A DNA stretch of 41,977 nucleotides from a virus (lineage: Duplodnaviria > Caudoviricetes): positions 1 to 41,977 of the IMG/VR virus record IMGVR_UViG_3300025018_001803; one strand, 5' to 3'. Shown in pieces: positions 1 through 17,194 of this stretch (position 1 is its first letter; each line of letters starts with the position of its first letter). Below the pieces are notes generated by a model. The model did no database searches. It was given only the letters and a program-made list of their open reading frames with translations, and was not told the DNA's origin. The position numbers and the translations under genes are program-made.

Positions 1-236
1 ATAATCTTTGCGCCAGACCCGCCTTGAATCTTCCCAGCATATTCAATGCTGGAACCGTTCTTGACCCATATCTCCAGGTAGCCTTCGGCCGGAACCCGAA
101 TGACATTCCCATGTCCAATGTTGTCCCTGACATACATCCCATCCCCTTCAGTATGCCTGAGGCTTGATTCAGCTCTTTTTGCTTCTTCCTCGCTTTGAGC
201 TGAGACGTAGTAGCCGTTGATTTTGAATGTTGGCAT
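1..236 (-). CDS. hypothetical protein, runs off the window edge (MPTFKINGYYVSAQSEEEAKRAE...)
   Basis: Open frame read by hand from ATG at 236 to the window edge with no stop; TCGTA motif 11 nt upstream; not in the supplied ORF track because it is truncated. Confidence 0.6.
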   Translation of the reverse strand, partial: MPTFKINGYYVSAQSEEEAKRAESSLRHTEGDGMYVRDNIGHGNVIRVPAEGYLEIWVKNGSSIEYAGKIQGGSGAKI

Positions 237-317
237 CAATTATCATCTACGACCAATGTGCGATGCGTCTTGTGCCGCTGGCAAAAAATCCTTGCCGAGT
301 TCAGTTCATAATTCCCT

Positions 318-362
318 CGCGCGCACACGCACACGCACACGCGCACGCGCACGCGCACGCGT
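318..362. repeat. 45-bp perfect alternating pyrimidine-purine tract, (CGCACA/CGCGCA)n
   Basis: cgcgcgcacacgcacacgcacacgcgcacgcgcacgcgcacgcgt read directly. Confidence 0.9.
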
Positions 363-442
363 TATTCAATGAAATTGAATATGGTGGATGTTCGAAGAAC
401 TCCACCACACACTTACCCAGCTACGTGTGAGCGGAACGCTCA
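363..442. other. three consecutive inverted repeats, each with a GAA loop on the + strand
   Basis: TATTCAAT-gaa-ATTGAATA (363-381); TGGTGGA(t)GTTC-gaa-GAAC-TCCACCA (382-407); TGAGCG-gaa-CGCTCA (428-442). Confidence 0.75.
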
Positions 443-475
443 TTCTACGCTACAAGGCGCTGGAATTATTAGCAC

Positions 476-518
476 CGAGCACAAGCCCCGAGCACGAGTC
501 CGAGCAACAGGACGAGCA
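476..518. repeat. four CGAGCA direct repeats at 12-13 bp spacing (iteron-like)
   Basis: CGAGCA at 476, 489, 501, 513. Confidence 0.65.
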
Positions 519-547
519 TCGCGGGATTTCATCTTACTCGAATGCAA

Positions 548-1963
548 CTATTTTTCAAAGGTAAAATCCCATTTTCTAAACATTCTTCTACGGTTCTGAG
601 CCATCCTAACCAGACCGGAGACCCTTGAATCAATGTAGTCGTGGATGATACTATTCTTTCCTTCCATTGGTCTCCGGATTCGGCCAACCCTTTGCTCAGT
701 CTTCCCTTCATTAGAGGTGGGAGTTGTGAGGTGAATTGATGAAAGGTTAGGTATGTCAAGACCTTCATCAGCGACCTTGGTTGCCACGATTGCATCGACG
801 AGGCCTTTCCTTGCTCTATCACAAATCCTGTCACGTGCAGGCTTTGGGACCTCACCAACAAGAAGCTCGACATTCATTCCTTCTTTCTGAAGAATTGATT
901 GCAACTCCTTACAGTGCCCAACCCTATCGGAGAGAATGAGAGGGAACTCGCCATTGTTCCAGTCATCTAAAACTGAACGGATGATGAGATTATTTCTGTC
1001 TCTGTCTTTTGTCAGATCACTGAGCAGGCTTGCCCAGGCGTCAATGGTGTGGTTTGTGAAGAAAGTTGTGTTGTGATTCTTGACGTGGCAGTTCTGTGAT
1101 CTGCCTTCAGCTTTCAATTCATCCTGTGTGATCCTAGCTTGGATTGGTCCGATGGTATCAAACATCAAGAACTCAAGACCGTCTTTCCGAACAGGAGTTG
1201 CAGTGAGTCCGAACCTATATTTCGAACCGCACATGTTCATGATCTGCAGAAACGTATCGGCAGGACAGTGGTGAGCCTCGTCAAGAATTACGCATCCGAA
1301 GTGACCGAGCAAGTCCCTAAGTTGCGGCGGAGGCATCTTTACGAGTGTCTGTATCGTTGCGACGGTTACAGTCTCTCGCTGCTTTACTCCACTACCCCAT
1401 TGTCCAACAGGGCCGGGCAGGACAGCCTTAGAAGCCAATTCTCGCTGCCACTGAGACATGAGGTCAGTAGTGTGAACAAGAATTAGAGTAGGTTGTTTCA
1501 GCGTAGTTAGGATTCCGATGCCAGCTACAGTCTTTCCCCCTCCACAGGGAGCAACTAGCACCCCTCCAGATTTCATGATCAGTTTCCCAATGCCTTTCTT
1601 CTGGTAGTCTTTAAGCTCGAGTTCAGTAGAGAGGCTTATTTCAGGAATGCGAGGAAACGTTATTGTTTGGTCAATCACCCTTAATGGCTGATCGTAGCTA
1701 AGGGCAGTTGATCTCAGCTCATTCAAGAATCCTCTAGGGACGTAGAATGTCTTCCCGTCCTCCTCATAGCTCGTAACCGATGATGGTGGGAGCTTGGTGT
1801 ATTGATACTTCAGAGGATTGCGATCACGCATCCTCTTCATAGAGTGGAATTGGGGATTTTCGCGAGTGAGCCTCGAACGAAGCTCTGATAATAAAGCTGG
1901 CTCAAGCGTATCAAGCTTGAGCCGAACCACGTTGTCGATTACTGCGAGGATTTCACTAGTCAT
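548..1963 (-). CDS. superfamily 2 DEAH-box helicase (UvsW/XPB-Rad25-like)
   Basis: Q motif LKDYQ, Walker A APCGGGKT, DEAHH, motif III TAT, EGLDIP, motif VI QRVGRIRR. Confidence 0.93.
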   Translation of the reverse strand: MTSEILAVIDNVVRLKLDTLEPALLSELRSRLTRENPQFHSMKRMRDRNPLKYQYTKLPPSSVTSYEEDGKTFYVPRGFLNELRSTALSYDQPLRVIDQTITFPRIPEISLSTELELKDYQKKGIGKLIMKSGGVLVAPCGGGKTVAGIGILTTLKQPTLILVHTTDLMSQWQRELASKAVLPGPVGQWGSGVKQRETVTVATIQTLVKMPPPQLRDLLGHFGCVILDEAHHCPADTFLQIMNMCGSKYRFGLTATPVRKDGLEFLMFDTIGPIQARITQDELKAEGRSQNCHVKNHNTTFFTNHTIDAWASLLSDLTKDRDRNNLIIRSVLDDWNNGEFPLILSDRVGHCKELQSILQKEGMNVELLVGEVPKPARDRICDRARKGLVDAIVATKVADEGLDIPNLSSIHLTTPTSNEGKTEQRVGRIRRPMEGKNSIIHDYIDSRVSGLVRMAQNRRRMFRKWDFTFEK

Positions 1964-2471
1964 TGTCTATGTCTTCAACGTCACCATCTGGTGGAGGTGG
2001 TGCTGGCGCATCATCGATGACCACTTTGATTGGTTGGCGTCTATCTTTGAGTGAAGTTCTTTGCAGCTGAGGAAGCTTTTCCTGCTGCTCATCTGTTACG
2101 ACAGCAACGTTGTTCTGACTACCTTCAACCTTTCGATTGGCAGAAACTTGCTTGATAGGATCCCGCTTTTTCGTCTCAGGTTGAGGTTCAACTTGGCTCG
2201 CAATCGAATTTCCACTCTCAGAAGAGACAATTGATTGTGCTTCTTGTTGAGCGAGTTGAATCTGCTCTTTCCAGAAAGGGTCAGTGTTGATGGCTTTTTG
2301 AAGAATGATTCCATCCTGTTCTTCAATCATCTCTGATAGAATGCTCATTCGCCCTTGAGTTAGCTGGCCTTGTCGATCGTATTCAGCGATCTTCTCTCTC
2401 AAAGACTGAACCCTGAGATTGTTGACAATCTGCTCAACCATATTACGGTAGATCTTTTCTTGAAGCGTCAT
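1956..2471 (-). CDS. hypothetical protein
   Basis: 171-aa ORF whose stop overlaps the helicase start; helical N-half, low-complexity C-half. Confidence 0.7.
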   Translation of the reverse strand: MTLQEKIYRNMVEQIVNNLRVQSLREKIAEYDRQGQLTQGRMSILSEMIEEQDGIILQKAINTDPFWKEQIQLAQQEAQSIVSSESGNSIASQVEPQPETKKRDPIKQVSANRKVEGSQNNVAVVTDEQQEKLPQLQRTSLKDRRQPIKVVIDDAPAPPPPDGDVEDIDND

Positions 2472-2510
2472 CTTACTTTCTTTTACGAGTTCTTCGAATC
2501 CTTCAAAAGG

Positions 2511-2975
2511 TTATAGCTCGTTAGTGATTATTACCGCCACCAGGATGAGGGCATTTGCTCTCACACTTGCATTGGCATTGCCGTTCGCGACATTCATCAG
2601 ATCAACGATATCAGAAAGCTTGATGTTATCTCTCAGAATCTTACGAAGCGTGCTAGCTATGCTAGAAACCATGGCATTCGGATCACTCGAGAGAGTATTC
2701 AGCTGTGAATTCAGTGATGCAATGATTGCGTGGTTAGCTCTTCCGATGAACCTGTATGTGTAATCGGAAGAAAGATCATCATCTGGTGTGACTAGTTTCC
2801 TCTTCTTTTCAATCTCAGCAATCACATCACCATTTGCTGATCTTGAGATCATTTTGGCCTGAACTGTTTCAGGCCCAGGGCTGACCTGACCGGGAAAAGT
2901 CCATTGAATTCCCCAAGGGTCGCCAAGGCTATTTGGTCCAGGGAGCCTAACTAGAATATCACGGGTAAATGCCAT
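2511..2975 (-). CDS. hypothetical protein, possibly tail-fibre associated
   Basis: 154-aa ORF overlapping the end of the fibre gene. Confidence 0.65.
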   Translation of the reverse strand: MAFTRDILVRLPGPNSLGDPWGIQWTFPGQVSPGPETVQAKMISRSANGDVIAEIEKKRKLVTPDDDLSSDYTYRFIGRANHAIIASLNSQLNTLSSDPNAMVSSIASTLRKILRDNIKLSDIVDLMNVANGNANASVRANALILVAVIITNEL

Positions 2976-4439
2976 TAGAAAACCTCAAGGTATCACCAAA
3001 CATCATGTAAACGTCGCACGTCAAACTTCTCCATGTGCCCCCGTTCCCCTCTGCGTAGAAGAAGGGATACATATTCCTATCATTCCCTACAGGGTGATTT
3101 GATGTAATTGATGCGACTTGGACTCCATCAATAAGAGCTGTTACAGCTCCTGAAACGACATTGATTTCTGCCCACACAAAATTCTGTGTGACGCTAGCGA
3201 TTGAAACTCCAGTATCAGTATCGGTTGTATTTCCCTGATTGTCGTCGTGTTGAAATCTTACGTTTGCATTCGCTGAATCAATTACAAAGGCAAATGATGG
3301 TGAAGGCGTAACGCTGCTCGCAACAGTAGTGCCTCCCATGATTCCGAAAGAATGTTTCACACTCGTTGAAGCGCTAGTTGCATACCTCCAAAGGTGCCTT
3401 CTCCCAGAACCCCAGAAATTGTCTCCGAAGTGGCTGTAGCCTTGGGGCCTCTGGTATGATTTGTCAGTTGCAGCGGTTCCGCCACCGTTTGAAACGCGAA
3501 GCATTCCATCGCCTCCATTGGCAGACATCCATGCGTCTGATCCAGTGATTAGGTTATGGACGAAAGATGACCCAGCGCCGCTCGATGTCTCACTCCATTC
3601 TGTTGAGTAGCCTCTTAAAGTTGTGAAGTCATCAAACAAGACTGCGTGCCTATGATCACCGAGCGCCAGAGTCCCTGATGCAGTCCCATAGTCATAAATT
3701 GACGCGTTTCCTAGGCCGAGTGTTGACCTCATTTCTGATGTAGTCACACCGGAGATGAGAGTTCTAGCGAGAGGCGTTATGTTTGTCGACTCTGTCAGGT
3801 TACCGCTAACTGCATAGAACAATTGGTTAGCGGTATGGACGGTAGTCGAAAGAGAAGAGAGCAGTGGGTTGAGTGGCTGGTATGCTGAAGCTGCTGCGAA
3901 CGCAAATATGATGATTTGGTTGTCTGTGTATGTTGTCGCAGTTGAGAGAACTAGCGTGTCTCTTGCAGTCACATAATCTAGATTCGTAGCGTCACCTGAA
4001 TCGACTGGCGCTCCGACATCAGTCATCCTATAACCTTGAGAGTGAAATCCTAGTGCGCTGATTGATCCTGAAAGAGTGACACTCGCATACACCCCAGCAA
4101 CTGATTGGTCAGGAGTCCATTTTTGAAGTTCAGCAGTATGCCCTCCTGAAGCTCCTAAGATTGAAATTGGTATTGAGTCACTTGCAGTCATTGACATCTC
4201 GTTTCGAGATGTTGTTGCAGGATCATTGAGAAGGTATTGAACGTGAGGGTCGCCAGTTAGGTGACCGCTGATAGATGTGTTCACCTGCTCTTGCGTCACG
4301 CCGCCTCCGGCAGACACGCCACTCACAGCTACATTGAGTTGCTGAACTGTTGCGGCAGCCCGGAAAGTGTCACCGTCAAGAAGACCTCTAATTCTTGAAT
4401 TGTCACCGAAATCTAAGTCAATGAAAACTTTCTTTGCCA

Positions 4440-4440
<1 letters not shown>
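2959..4440 (-). CDS. tail fibre / receptor-binding protein with C-terminal ConA/LamG-like lectin domain
   Basis: Fibre motifs HLTGDPHVQY, APVDSGDATNLDYV, RSTLGLGNAS...GDHRH; C-terminal beta-sandwich FDDF...ALIDGVQVASIT...MYPFF; directly follows the hub gene. Confidence 0.8.
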
Positions 4441-10879
<6,439 letters not shown>

Positions 10880-10880
<1 letters not shown>

Positions 10881-13084
10881 TAGCTGATCTTATCCGTAGC
10901 TGACCATTCAATGACCACTCTCTTTGATGTGCCTCGAGTCTCTTCTGACCTCTTCGTTACTACAGATTTCGAAGGTGGGAAGTTGCTTGGGCCAGATGGG
11001 TCCGCAGGAAATGAACCTGCGTTCAAAGTTGAAAGATCTCTATACTGTCTCTGACTAGTAGCGGTTTCTTTGGCTGGGGTCGTTCCAACTCTTTTGAAGA
11101 CGGTTCCGAAACCAACTACTTGGAGTTGCTGATATTTCGGGGCTTCGTCTTCAAACACTCTTGATGTAGTCTCAACTAAATCAGGTTGAGTTGTTGAAGT
11201 GCCGCCACTAAGGTCAAATACAGCGGTCGCACTCAATGAAATTGTCTGCTTCCAATACCTAGTCCCAACACCTACTCCGCTCTGCTTAGTGAATGGAGTC
11301 CAATCGCCGAGGCTGAAGTTCGTTAAGATGAAGTGGACATCGCCGTTATCGGGAAGTGTTTCTCCAGCAGGGACGGACAGAGCGGTCCTTGTGCTCAAGT
11401 CAGCGCTTATGAGAGCGTCGAGTTGATTAAATAGATCAATCGCCCTATTGGGATTCGTAGGACTCCCAGTTCCAGTGTCAGCTGACCAAATCTCACCTGA
11501 CACTGAGAGATTTACGCTAGTAACCACGAACTTCAGAAGCTGCTGATCATACCTATTGGAGAACGACTTGTTTAGGCTGCTAACTTTGTCGAACTGAATA
11601 GTGCCACCATTTGAAGAGCCAGCTCTATCGAGTCTAAAGAGACTCTGAATAAAGTATGAAGCTTGAGTTGCATTGTCAAGCTGCTTCGCCGTGATTGTGA
11701 CCGAATAGATTAAGAGCTGTGATCCAACAACGTTCTGCGTTTCGACAGAACCTAAATTGACTGAAGTCACATACGTGTTCGGAATGCCAGGACTGTAGTC
11801 AACTTTCGTTCCAAGAAGATTGATTGCAGCGGTGATGTTCACTGCTCCAATGAGCTTCCCAGTAACGGAGACCCCTTTGCTTACCGAGTTACCGTTTTCA
11901 TCAACGCTCGAGCTAAAGTTTGCACTTTCAATCTTATACCAAGTGAGACCGAAGTAGTTTGCGTCATACTCAATGACCCTACCCTCTACTCCGACATCCC
12001 ATCTGAACGTCATGCTTATTGAAGCTGAGTATCTCTTGCTTCCATCTGCATAGTTCCCGTCCCTTGTGAACTTTCCAGTGGTCAGTTCTTGCAGTTCTAA
12101 GACGTTCGCAGTCGTGCTCGTGATCGTATAAACTCCCGTTGGAACTGGATTGAATGTATCTCTGAAATCTGTGTAGAGTTCAAAAGTCGCAAAGTATTTC
12201 TTTCCGCTTACAGAGAGATCTTCAGCGGTGATTGCGTAGATGTTCCCAGCGTTCAACTTGTCGTTGGTCCTCTTTTGCTGAACACTCTCTACAACGTCGA
12301 GTTCAATGTTTGCGAAAGCTTGGGGTGTCTCTCCGAGCGTGTAGGGCTCTTTGGTGTAGTCTTCAAACGTCTTACATTCAAACGTGAAGCTGCGAGCGGT
12401 CTGGTTATCTTTGAGTCTAGGAACTCCGAAATCGATAGTTCCTGGCCGAACCGTATAGCTGCCAGCGAACGTGCTGACTGCGGCCGAGAGTGTAAGCACA
12501 ACCGTTGTTTCGTCGCTAATGGCTGCGACTAAGGCTGCCTGCGAAGTGTTGATCTCGGCAAGTGTAGAGCCTATGAAGGATCCGCTGATAGTGAAGGTTC
12601 TGTTCCTGTTGCTAACGAGCTGCTCATCCGGTCCTTGCGTTGACGTCTTATCGCTGACCGTGACATACTCATAACCGTTGGCTGGAGAAAGTGTGAGAGA
12701 CCCGATGCCAACGGGCTCGTGCGCGTGAACGTTTGAATCTTCTGTGACGAACTCAACAGAGAATTCCGCAATGGGGTTACCTCTAAACTCGCTGAATTTA
12801 AGAGACTTGAACCTCACATTGGTGATGTTGTTGCCGCCGACATACTCGATCGTTCCAGTTCCTACAGCAATGAGATCTGTTTCGAGACGCTGCTGTGCAA
12901 GGATGTTATTCCTGAAATTCGCGTTGTTGATGAATCCGTTGATTGAAACAACGCGCTTCCTAGCTCCTACTCTTGTGGTTCCGCTGACAAGAGCGTCTTC
13001 AGAAACTTCAGAAGACCACTGAACGTTCCTGACATATTTCAGGTCAACGTATTGAGTCCCGTTTGTGAATCTTAGTCGGATCAT
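10880..13084 (-). CDS. distal tail (Dit-like) protein built from about six tandem tube-fold-like modules
   Basis: Directly after the tape measure; recurring strand VSING / FTISG / LSVSG / VSVTG / LSVSG followed by a helix and a terminal strand every ~120 aa. Confidence 0.65.
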
Positions 13085-16000
13085 CTGTTTCGAATCTCAT
13101 CTTCAAGTCGAGTCAACTTTGAGTCGACTTCTTGCTCTAACTGCTTTCTTGCAGCTTCAATGATCGACCTGATTTCGTCTTCTTCAAGATATTGTCCATT
13201 GATTGTCCCTCCTCCAGTGCCAGTAATGCTGACAGAGAGAGTTGATGTTGTATCGCCGAGATCAATTTCAATCTTTCGGTTGTTCTTCGCATCGCTGAGA
13301 CTGTCGATAGTAGCAGAAGAAAGATTTGACAGGTCCGCTCCAAAGAGATCAGTGAAACCTGACTTTACTGTCTCAAAGAACGTCTTGCCTGCTGTAGCCA
13401 AGGAGTTGACTACGTTCGACAAGTTGCTAGCTCCTTCATCTAGAGCTGTTTTGACCGTTTCTGCACTCGCTGCAAACTTGCTGACTCCTGAGGTTTCACC
13501 AATCCCTTGTAGCTGCTTCAGTGTAGCTGACAGCGCGTCTTGGATTGGCCTAATTGCATCGCCTGCCCCAGTCGTGCTAGCAGTCAGAAGTAAAGATCTA
13601 AGCTCACCAGCCTGTTTAGTGAGCTCCTGAGCGCCCTTGCCAGGTCCTTGACCGATAACATCCTGTAGTCTCTCAAGGATCGCTGCACTTTGGCCACCAG
13701 CGGTAACGAGTGAGACGCTTGCATCAGTGAAGATATCCTTGAACGTCTGTTGAAGTTTGTTGTCACCAGAGATTGAGAAGATGTCGCCAAACTTCTTCTG
13801 AATATCAGGAGCTACTTGATTGAGCTTATCAGCAATCGCCTTACCTAGTGAACCGTCTTGGATTCCCTGTTCAAGAATTCCTGAAATCTCAAAGTCTCTT
13901 GTGACCTGCTCGGCTACAGTGATTGCAGTTCTTAACTGATCATTGAACTTCGATCCAAGAATCTGTGAGATGCCAACTTGGATCTGACCAATGAAGTTCT
14001 TCTTAAAGCTGTCAGCGAGTGACGTGAAGATCTGGTCTCCCTTGAGCGAACCAGAAAGAGTCTGGTTGATCGTTTCTCCGAATGAAGATGCAAGCGACTT
14101 GATATCTGATTCTTGGATTAGAGAGAGCTTCCCAGTGCTCTCGGAGATGAGAGCGAATGTCTTGTTCGCCTCAATGATCGCCTTCTGTTCGTTGATATCG
14201 AACTGCAACCCAATTCTAATGTCTTCACCAGAATCAACGAAATCCTGTAGATCTTTGATCTTTCTCTTATCAATAAGCTCGTTGCCCTTGTTCGTATCTA
14301 GGAAGCTAGAAGCTGTAGCGATCGCATTAGCAATCTTCGCGTAGCTGTCCTCTGCCTCTTTGACTCTTTGAGTCGCAATCTTTTGAGCATTTGCGTATGA
14401 TTCAGTTCCCGCAGCAACTCTCTTGTAGACGTTGACTGAAGACTTGATACCACTCTGAGTTTGTGCGATCGCAGTCTTGACTCCATTGGTATTTGTTTCA
14501 AGCTCTGCCGTTATGAAGTTGATCTCTTTAAGAGTTTCAGCAATAGACTTTATCTGAACGTCGACTCTGAGGAAAGAGGTTATGTCTTGTGGGAAGTTCT
14601 CTAGCTCTTTGAATCCATCCTTTATCTTTTCAGCGAACTTGAAATCGGTTCCCTGATCAAAGTTGACCTTCTTGGCAAGGCTTTGCGCTTCGTCGAGATA
14701 ACTGACGATATTTTTGACCGCAGGTAGTGTCGAGTCTCTGAGTTGGTCGAGTCCAGCTTTAGCGGCATCAAATCCTTCAAGTCTTAGGTCATATGCCTGC
14801 TGGCTACTTAGTTTTTCACCAGCTTTATCAAGCTTGTCAAAGGTATCGAGAAGAATTCCAAGCGTCTTCGCAGCTTCAGTATTCCCGTTTGCAATTCCAA
14901 CTAGAGCTGATTCTCCACTAAGGGCGAGTTGCTCGAATGCAGACTTGATGTTGTTGACCTTATCGGTGACAGTATCGTTGCTGAACGTTCTATCTGTAGC
15001 CGCTTTGATTTCATTGAATCTCTTGACGTATTCTTGGCTCTTTTCGTTCGCCAGTCCGATCTTCTCGGCAATTTGATCAATGACTCCTACAGATCCAACT
15101 TCGTTGAATCTCTTCTCAATTGCTCCTGTTCTTCCGATCGTTGAATCGTTTCGGAGATCTTGCGTTGCCTTATCAGCAAAAGGTAGCTTGCCGAGAACTT
15201 CATCTGTTCTCAGAGGAATGTTGACACTATCTCTGAGAGTGGTTCCGAGCCTTTTTAGTTCTGCGACAACGCTAGCAGTTCTCTTGATCGTATTGCCATA
15301 CTTCCTATCAAGCTCATCAAGTGTGATGAACGAATTCTTAGTTGCGTCTGCGACTTCGTCGAATTCTCCAGCAAGGTATGCAAGGCCGACTGCTGCCGCG
15401 GAGACGGCAACCGTTACTCCCACTATCGCAGCGCCAACAAGTCCGAGACGTGCCACTGCGGCTGCGACACCGCGAGCTACAAAGGCTGTTAGAGCGCGAG
15501 TTGCGATTACGATCTTATCGATGAACCTCGTAAAATCGACGTTGATGTTGAGAAGAGCTCTGGCGAGGTTTCCGCTTAGGGCGATTATGACAGCTTGAAT
15601 CGATCTCAGGAACAAGGCGGTCGTTGCAGTGACTAGAGTCAGAGCAATTCTTAGAGCGCCTACCCCAACGACCCAGATTGTTGATTGAGCAATAAGCTGA
15701 CCAAGTCCGGCGAAGAGCGTTCCGAAGATAAGCCTTAGAGCGCCAGCGGCAACGGCAAGCGACAAGAATGAAGCGACAACTGCAAGCGTCGTTGGAATGA
15801 TAGGTCCTGCGCTCTTCAACCAAATAGCGAATCCTCTCGCTACCTCGTTCAACTTCATAGCCAACGGGCCAAGAGTCTTATTCAGCGAATTGCCGATTAT
15901 AGTTGCAATGTTCTGGATCTGATTGAAGAACTTCTTGAATTGAGATGATGTGGTCGATTCAACTTTCTTAGCGAGAGCATCAGTCGCTCCAGTTGAAATA

Positions 16001-16965
16001 TCAAGCTCACCTCTAAACTGCTTCAACGCATCGATGTTATCGAGAAGAGTCTTAATGACACGTCCTGCACGAATATCGAGAGCCCCGATGAGCTTTGTTT
16101 GTTTCTCAATAGGTGTGCTATCAGCGAGAGCTCTATTTAGTTCCTCGAAGAATGATGTGAGGTCTTTGAGGTTACCGCTAAGGTCAATGAACTTATCGGG
16201 ATTCAAGTCCAGCTTTTCAACAACGTTATCGATCTTGTTGAAGACGTTAGAGAGCGCCGTGCCTGCAAGTGTTCCACGGAAACCAGCAGTGTTCAGAACA
16301 CCTAGCGCGGCGGTAACCTCACCGAGGTTTAGATTCAACGCTGCGGCTGGTCCAATGATAAACTTGAACGACTCTGCCAGAACTGGTAGAGTAACTTGGA
16401 ATCTCTGAACCGCTGTAGTCAGGCGGTCTGTGATAGCTTCAACTTTCTCCGCTGGGCGCAGGTAGTTGAATTCGGCCGACTTTCCGAACGTATTCAAGAA
16501 GCTACCGAGCAACTGTGCCGACTGAGTAAACTCACCAACGGTCGCTCTTGCTAGCTTGAATGCGGCACCAGTTGCAGAGATCTGCTGTTCAACATCAACG
16601 CCAGAAGTTGCGATTTGGAACTGGGCGTCAATAAATTCTCCAGCCGTAGCTGTGAATTGTGAGCTGAATTCTCTTGCTGCTGTCTCAGCTTTCGCAAGAG
16701 ACGTTTCTACAGTCGCGCTTGTTGATCTAGTAACAGTTGAAAGACGGGCTAAGCTGTCTTCAAGGCTAGAAGCAGAAAGTGATAGAGCTGTGACTGCGCC
16801 AACCGATGCTGCGGCAGTTCCTACAAGCACTGCGTTTGCAGCTTGTAGCTCAGTAGACATTCTTTGAGCTGCGGCAGTCATCTGGTTCGCAGATGACGAA
16901 GCTCTTCTGAGAGGTCGACTGATTTGCTCAGTCAGCCTCATTGCTACTACGAAGTTTACAGCCAT
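13081..16965 (-). CDS. tail tape measure protein (TP901 family)
   Basis: 1294 aa, Ala/Leu-rich helical; TP901 core signature ALGVLNTAGFRGTLAGTAL; hydrophobic middle segment; follows the chaperone gene. Confidence 0.93.
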   Translation of the reverse strand: MAVNFVVAMRLTEQISRPLRRASSSANQMTAAAQRMSTELQAANAVLVGTAAASVGAVTALSLSASSLEDSLARLSTVTRSTSATVETSLAKAETAAREFSSQFTATAGEFIDAQFQIATSGVDVEQQISATGAAFKLARATVGEFTQSAQLLGSFLNTFGKSAEFNYLRPAEKVEAITDRLTTAVQRFQVTLPVLAESFKFIIGPAAALNLNLGEVTAALGVLNTAGFRGTLAGTALSNVFNKIDNVVEKLDLNPDKFIDLSGNLKDLTSFFEELNRALADSTPIEKQTKLIGALDIRAGRVIKTLLDNIDALKQFRGELDISTGATDALAKKVESTTSSQFKKFFNQIQNIATIIGNSLNKTLGPLAMKLNEVARGFAIWLKSAGPIIPTTLAVVASFLSLAVAAGALRLIFGTLFAGLGQLIAQSTIWVVGVGALRIALTLVTATTALFLRSIQAVIIALSGNLARALLNINVDFTRFIDKIVIATRALTAFVARGVAAAVARLGLVGAAIVGVTVAVSAAAVGLAYLAGEFDEVADATKNSFITLDELDRKYGNTIKRTASVVAELKRLGTTLRDSVNIPLRTDEVLGKLPFADKATQDLRNDSTIGRTGAIEKRFNEVGSVGVIDQIAEKIGLANEKSQEYVKRFNEIKAATDRTFSNDTVTDKVNNIKSAFEQLALSGESALVGIANGNTEAAKTLGILLDTFDKLDKAGEKLSSQQAYDLRLEGFDAAKAGLDQLRDSTLPAVKNIVSYLDEAQSLAKKVNFDQGTDFKFAEKIKDGFKELENFPQDITSFLRVDVQIKSIAETLKEINFITAELETNTNGVKTAIAQTQSGIKSSVNVYKRVAAGTESYANAQKIATQRVKEAEDSYAKIANAIATASSFLDTNKGNELIDKRKIKDLQDFVDSGEDIRIGLQFDINEQKAIIEANKTFALISESTGKLSLIQESDIKSLASSFGETINQTLSGSLKGDQIFTSLADSFKKNFIGQIQVGISQILGSKFNDQLRTAITVAEQVTRDFEISGILEQGIQDGSLGKAIADKLNQVAPDIQKKFGDIFSISGDNKLQQTFKDIFTDASVSLVTAGGQSAAILERLQDVIGQGPGKGAQELTKQAGELRSLLLTASTTGAGDAIRPIQDALSATLKQLQGIGETSGVSKFAASAETVKTALDEGASNLSNVVNSLATAGKTFFETVKSGFTDLFGADLSNLSSATIDSLSDAKNNRKIEIDLGDTTSTLSVSITGTGGGTINGQYLEEDEIRSIIEAARKQLEQEVDSKLTRLEDEIRNR

Positions 16966-17011
16966 GTTCGGTCGCTACGATCACATACAAGTGATCAGAA
17001 AGCTACCGATC

Positions 17012-17194
17012 TCATGGTGACCCCTTCTTCTCTCTTTTCTTCCTTCTGTCCTCTTCGATCTGATAGTAGGCCGCCCACATCATCAGCTCTTCAGAAGGGA
17101 CGTCGTCAAGATCAGATAGCCAGCAGTTCTTCTCTGCTGCTATCTGCATCATGAGATACAGCTCAGGATCCGCTAGGAGTATCTTCTTCTGCTC
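17012..17194 (-). CDS. gpT-like C-terminal extension of the tail assembly chaperone (+1 frame)
   Basis: Hand translation EQKKILLADPELYLMMQIAAEKNCWLSDLDDVPSEELMMWAAYYQIEEDRRKKREKKGSP*; carries the SEELMMWAAYYQIE signature typical of lambda gpT-like/DUF4035 segments. Confidence 0.8.
   Translation of the reverse strand, partial: EQKKILLADPELYLMMQIAAEKNCWLSDLDDVPSEELMMWAAYYQIEEDRRKKREKKGSP

Noticed and set aside
300-520. CRISPR array or mini-array
   Set aside because: Repeats are 6-bp units without unique 25-45 bp spacers; no cas genes seen.
227-599. Plus-strand ORFs including an (AH)n peptide
   Set aside because: Translation of the purine-pyrimidine repeat and hairpin region; no Shine-Dalgarno or coding character.
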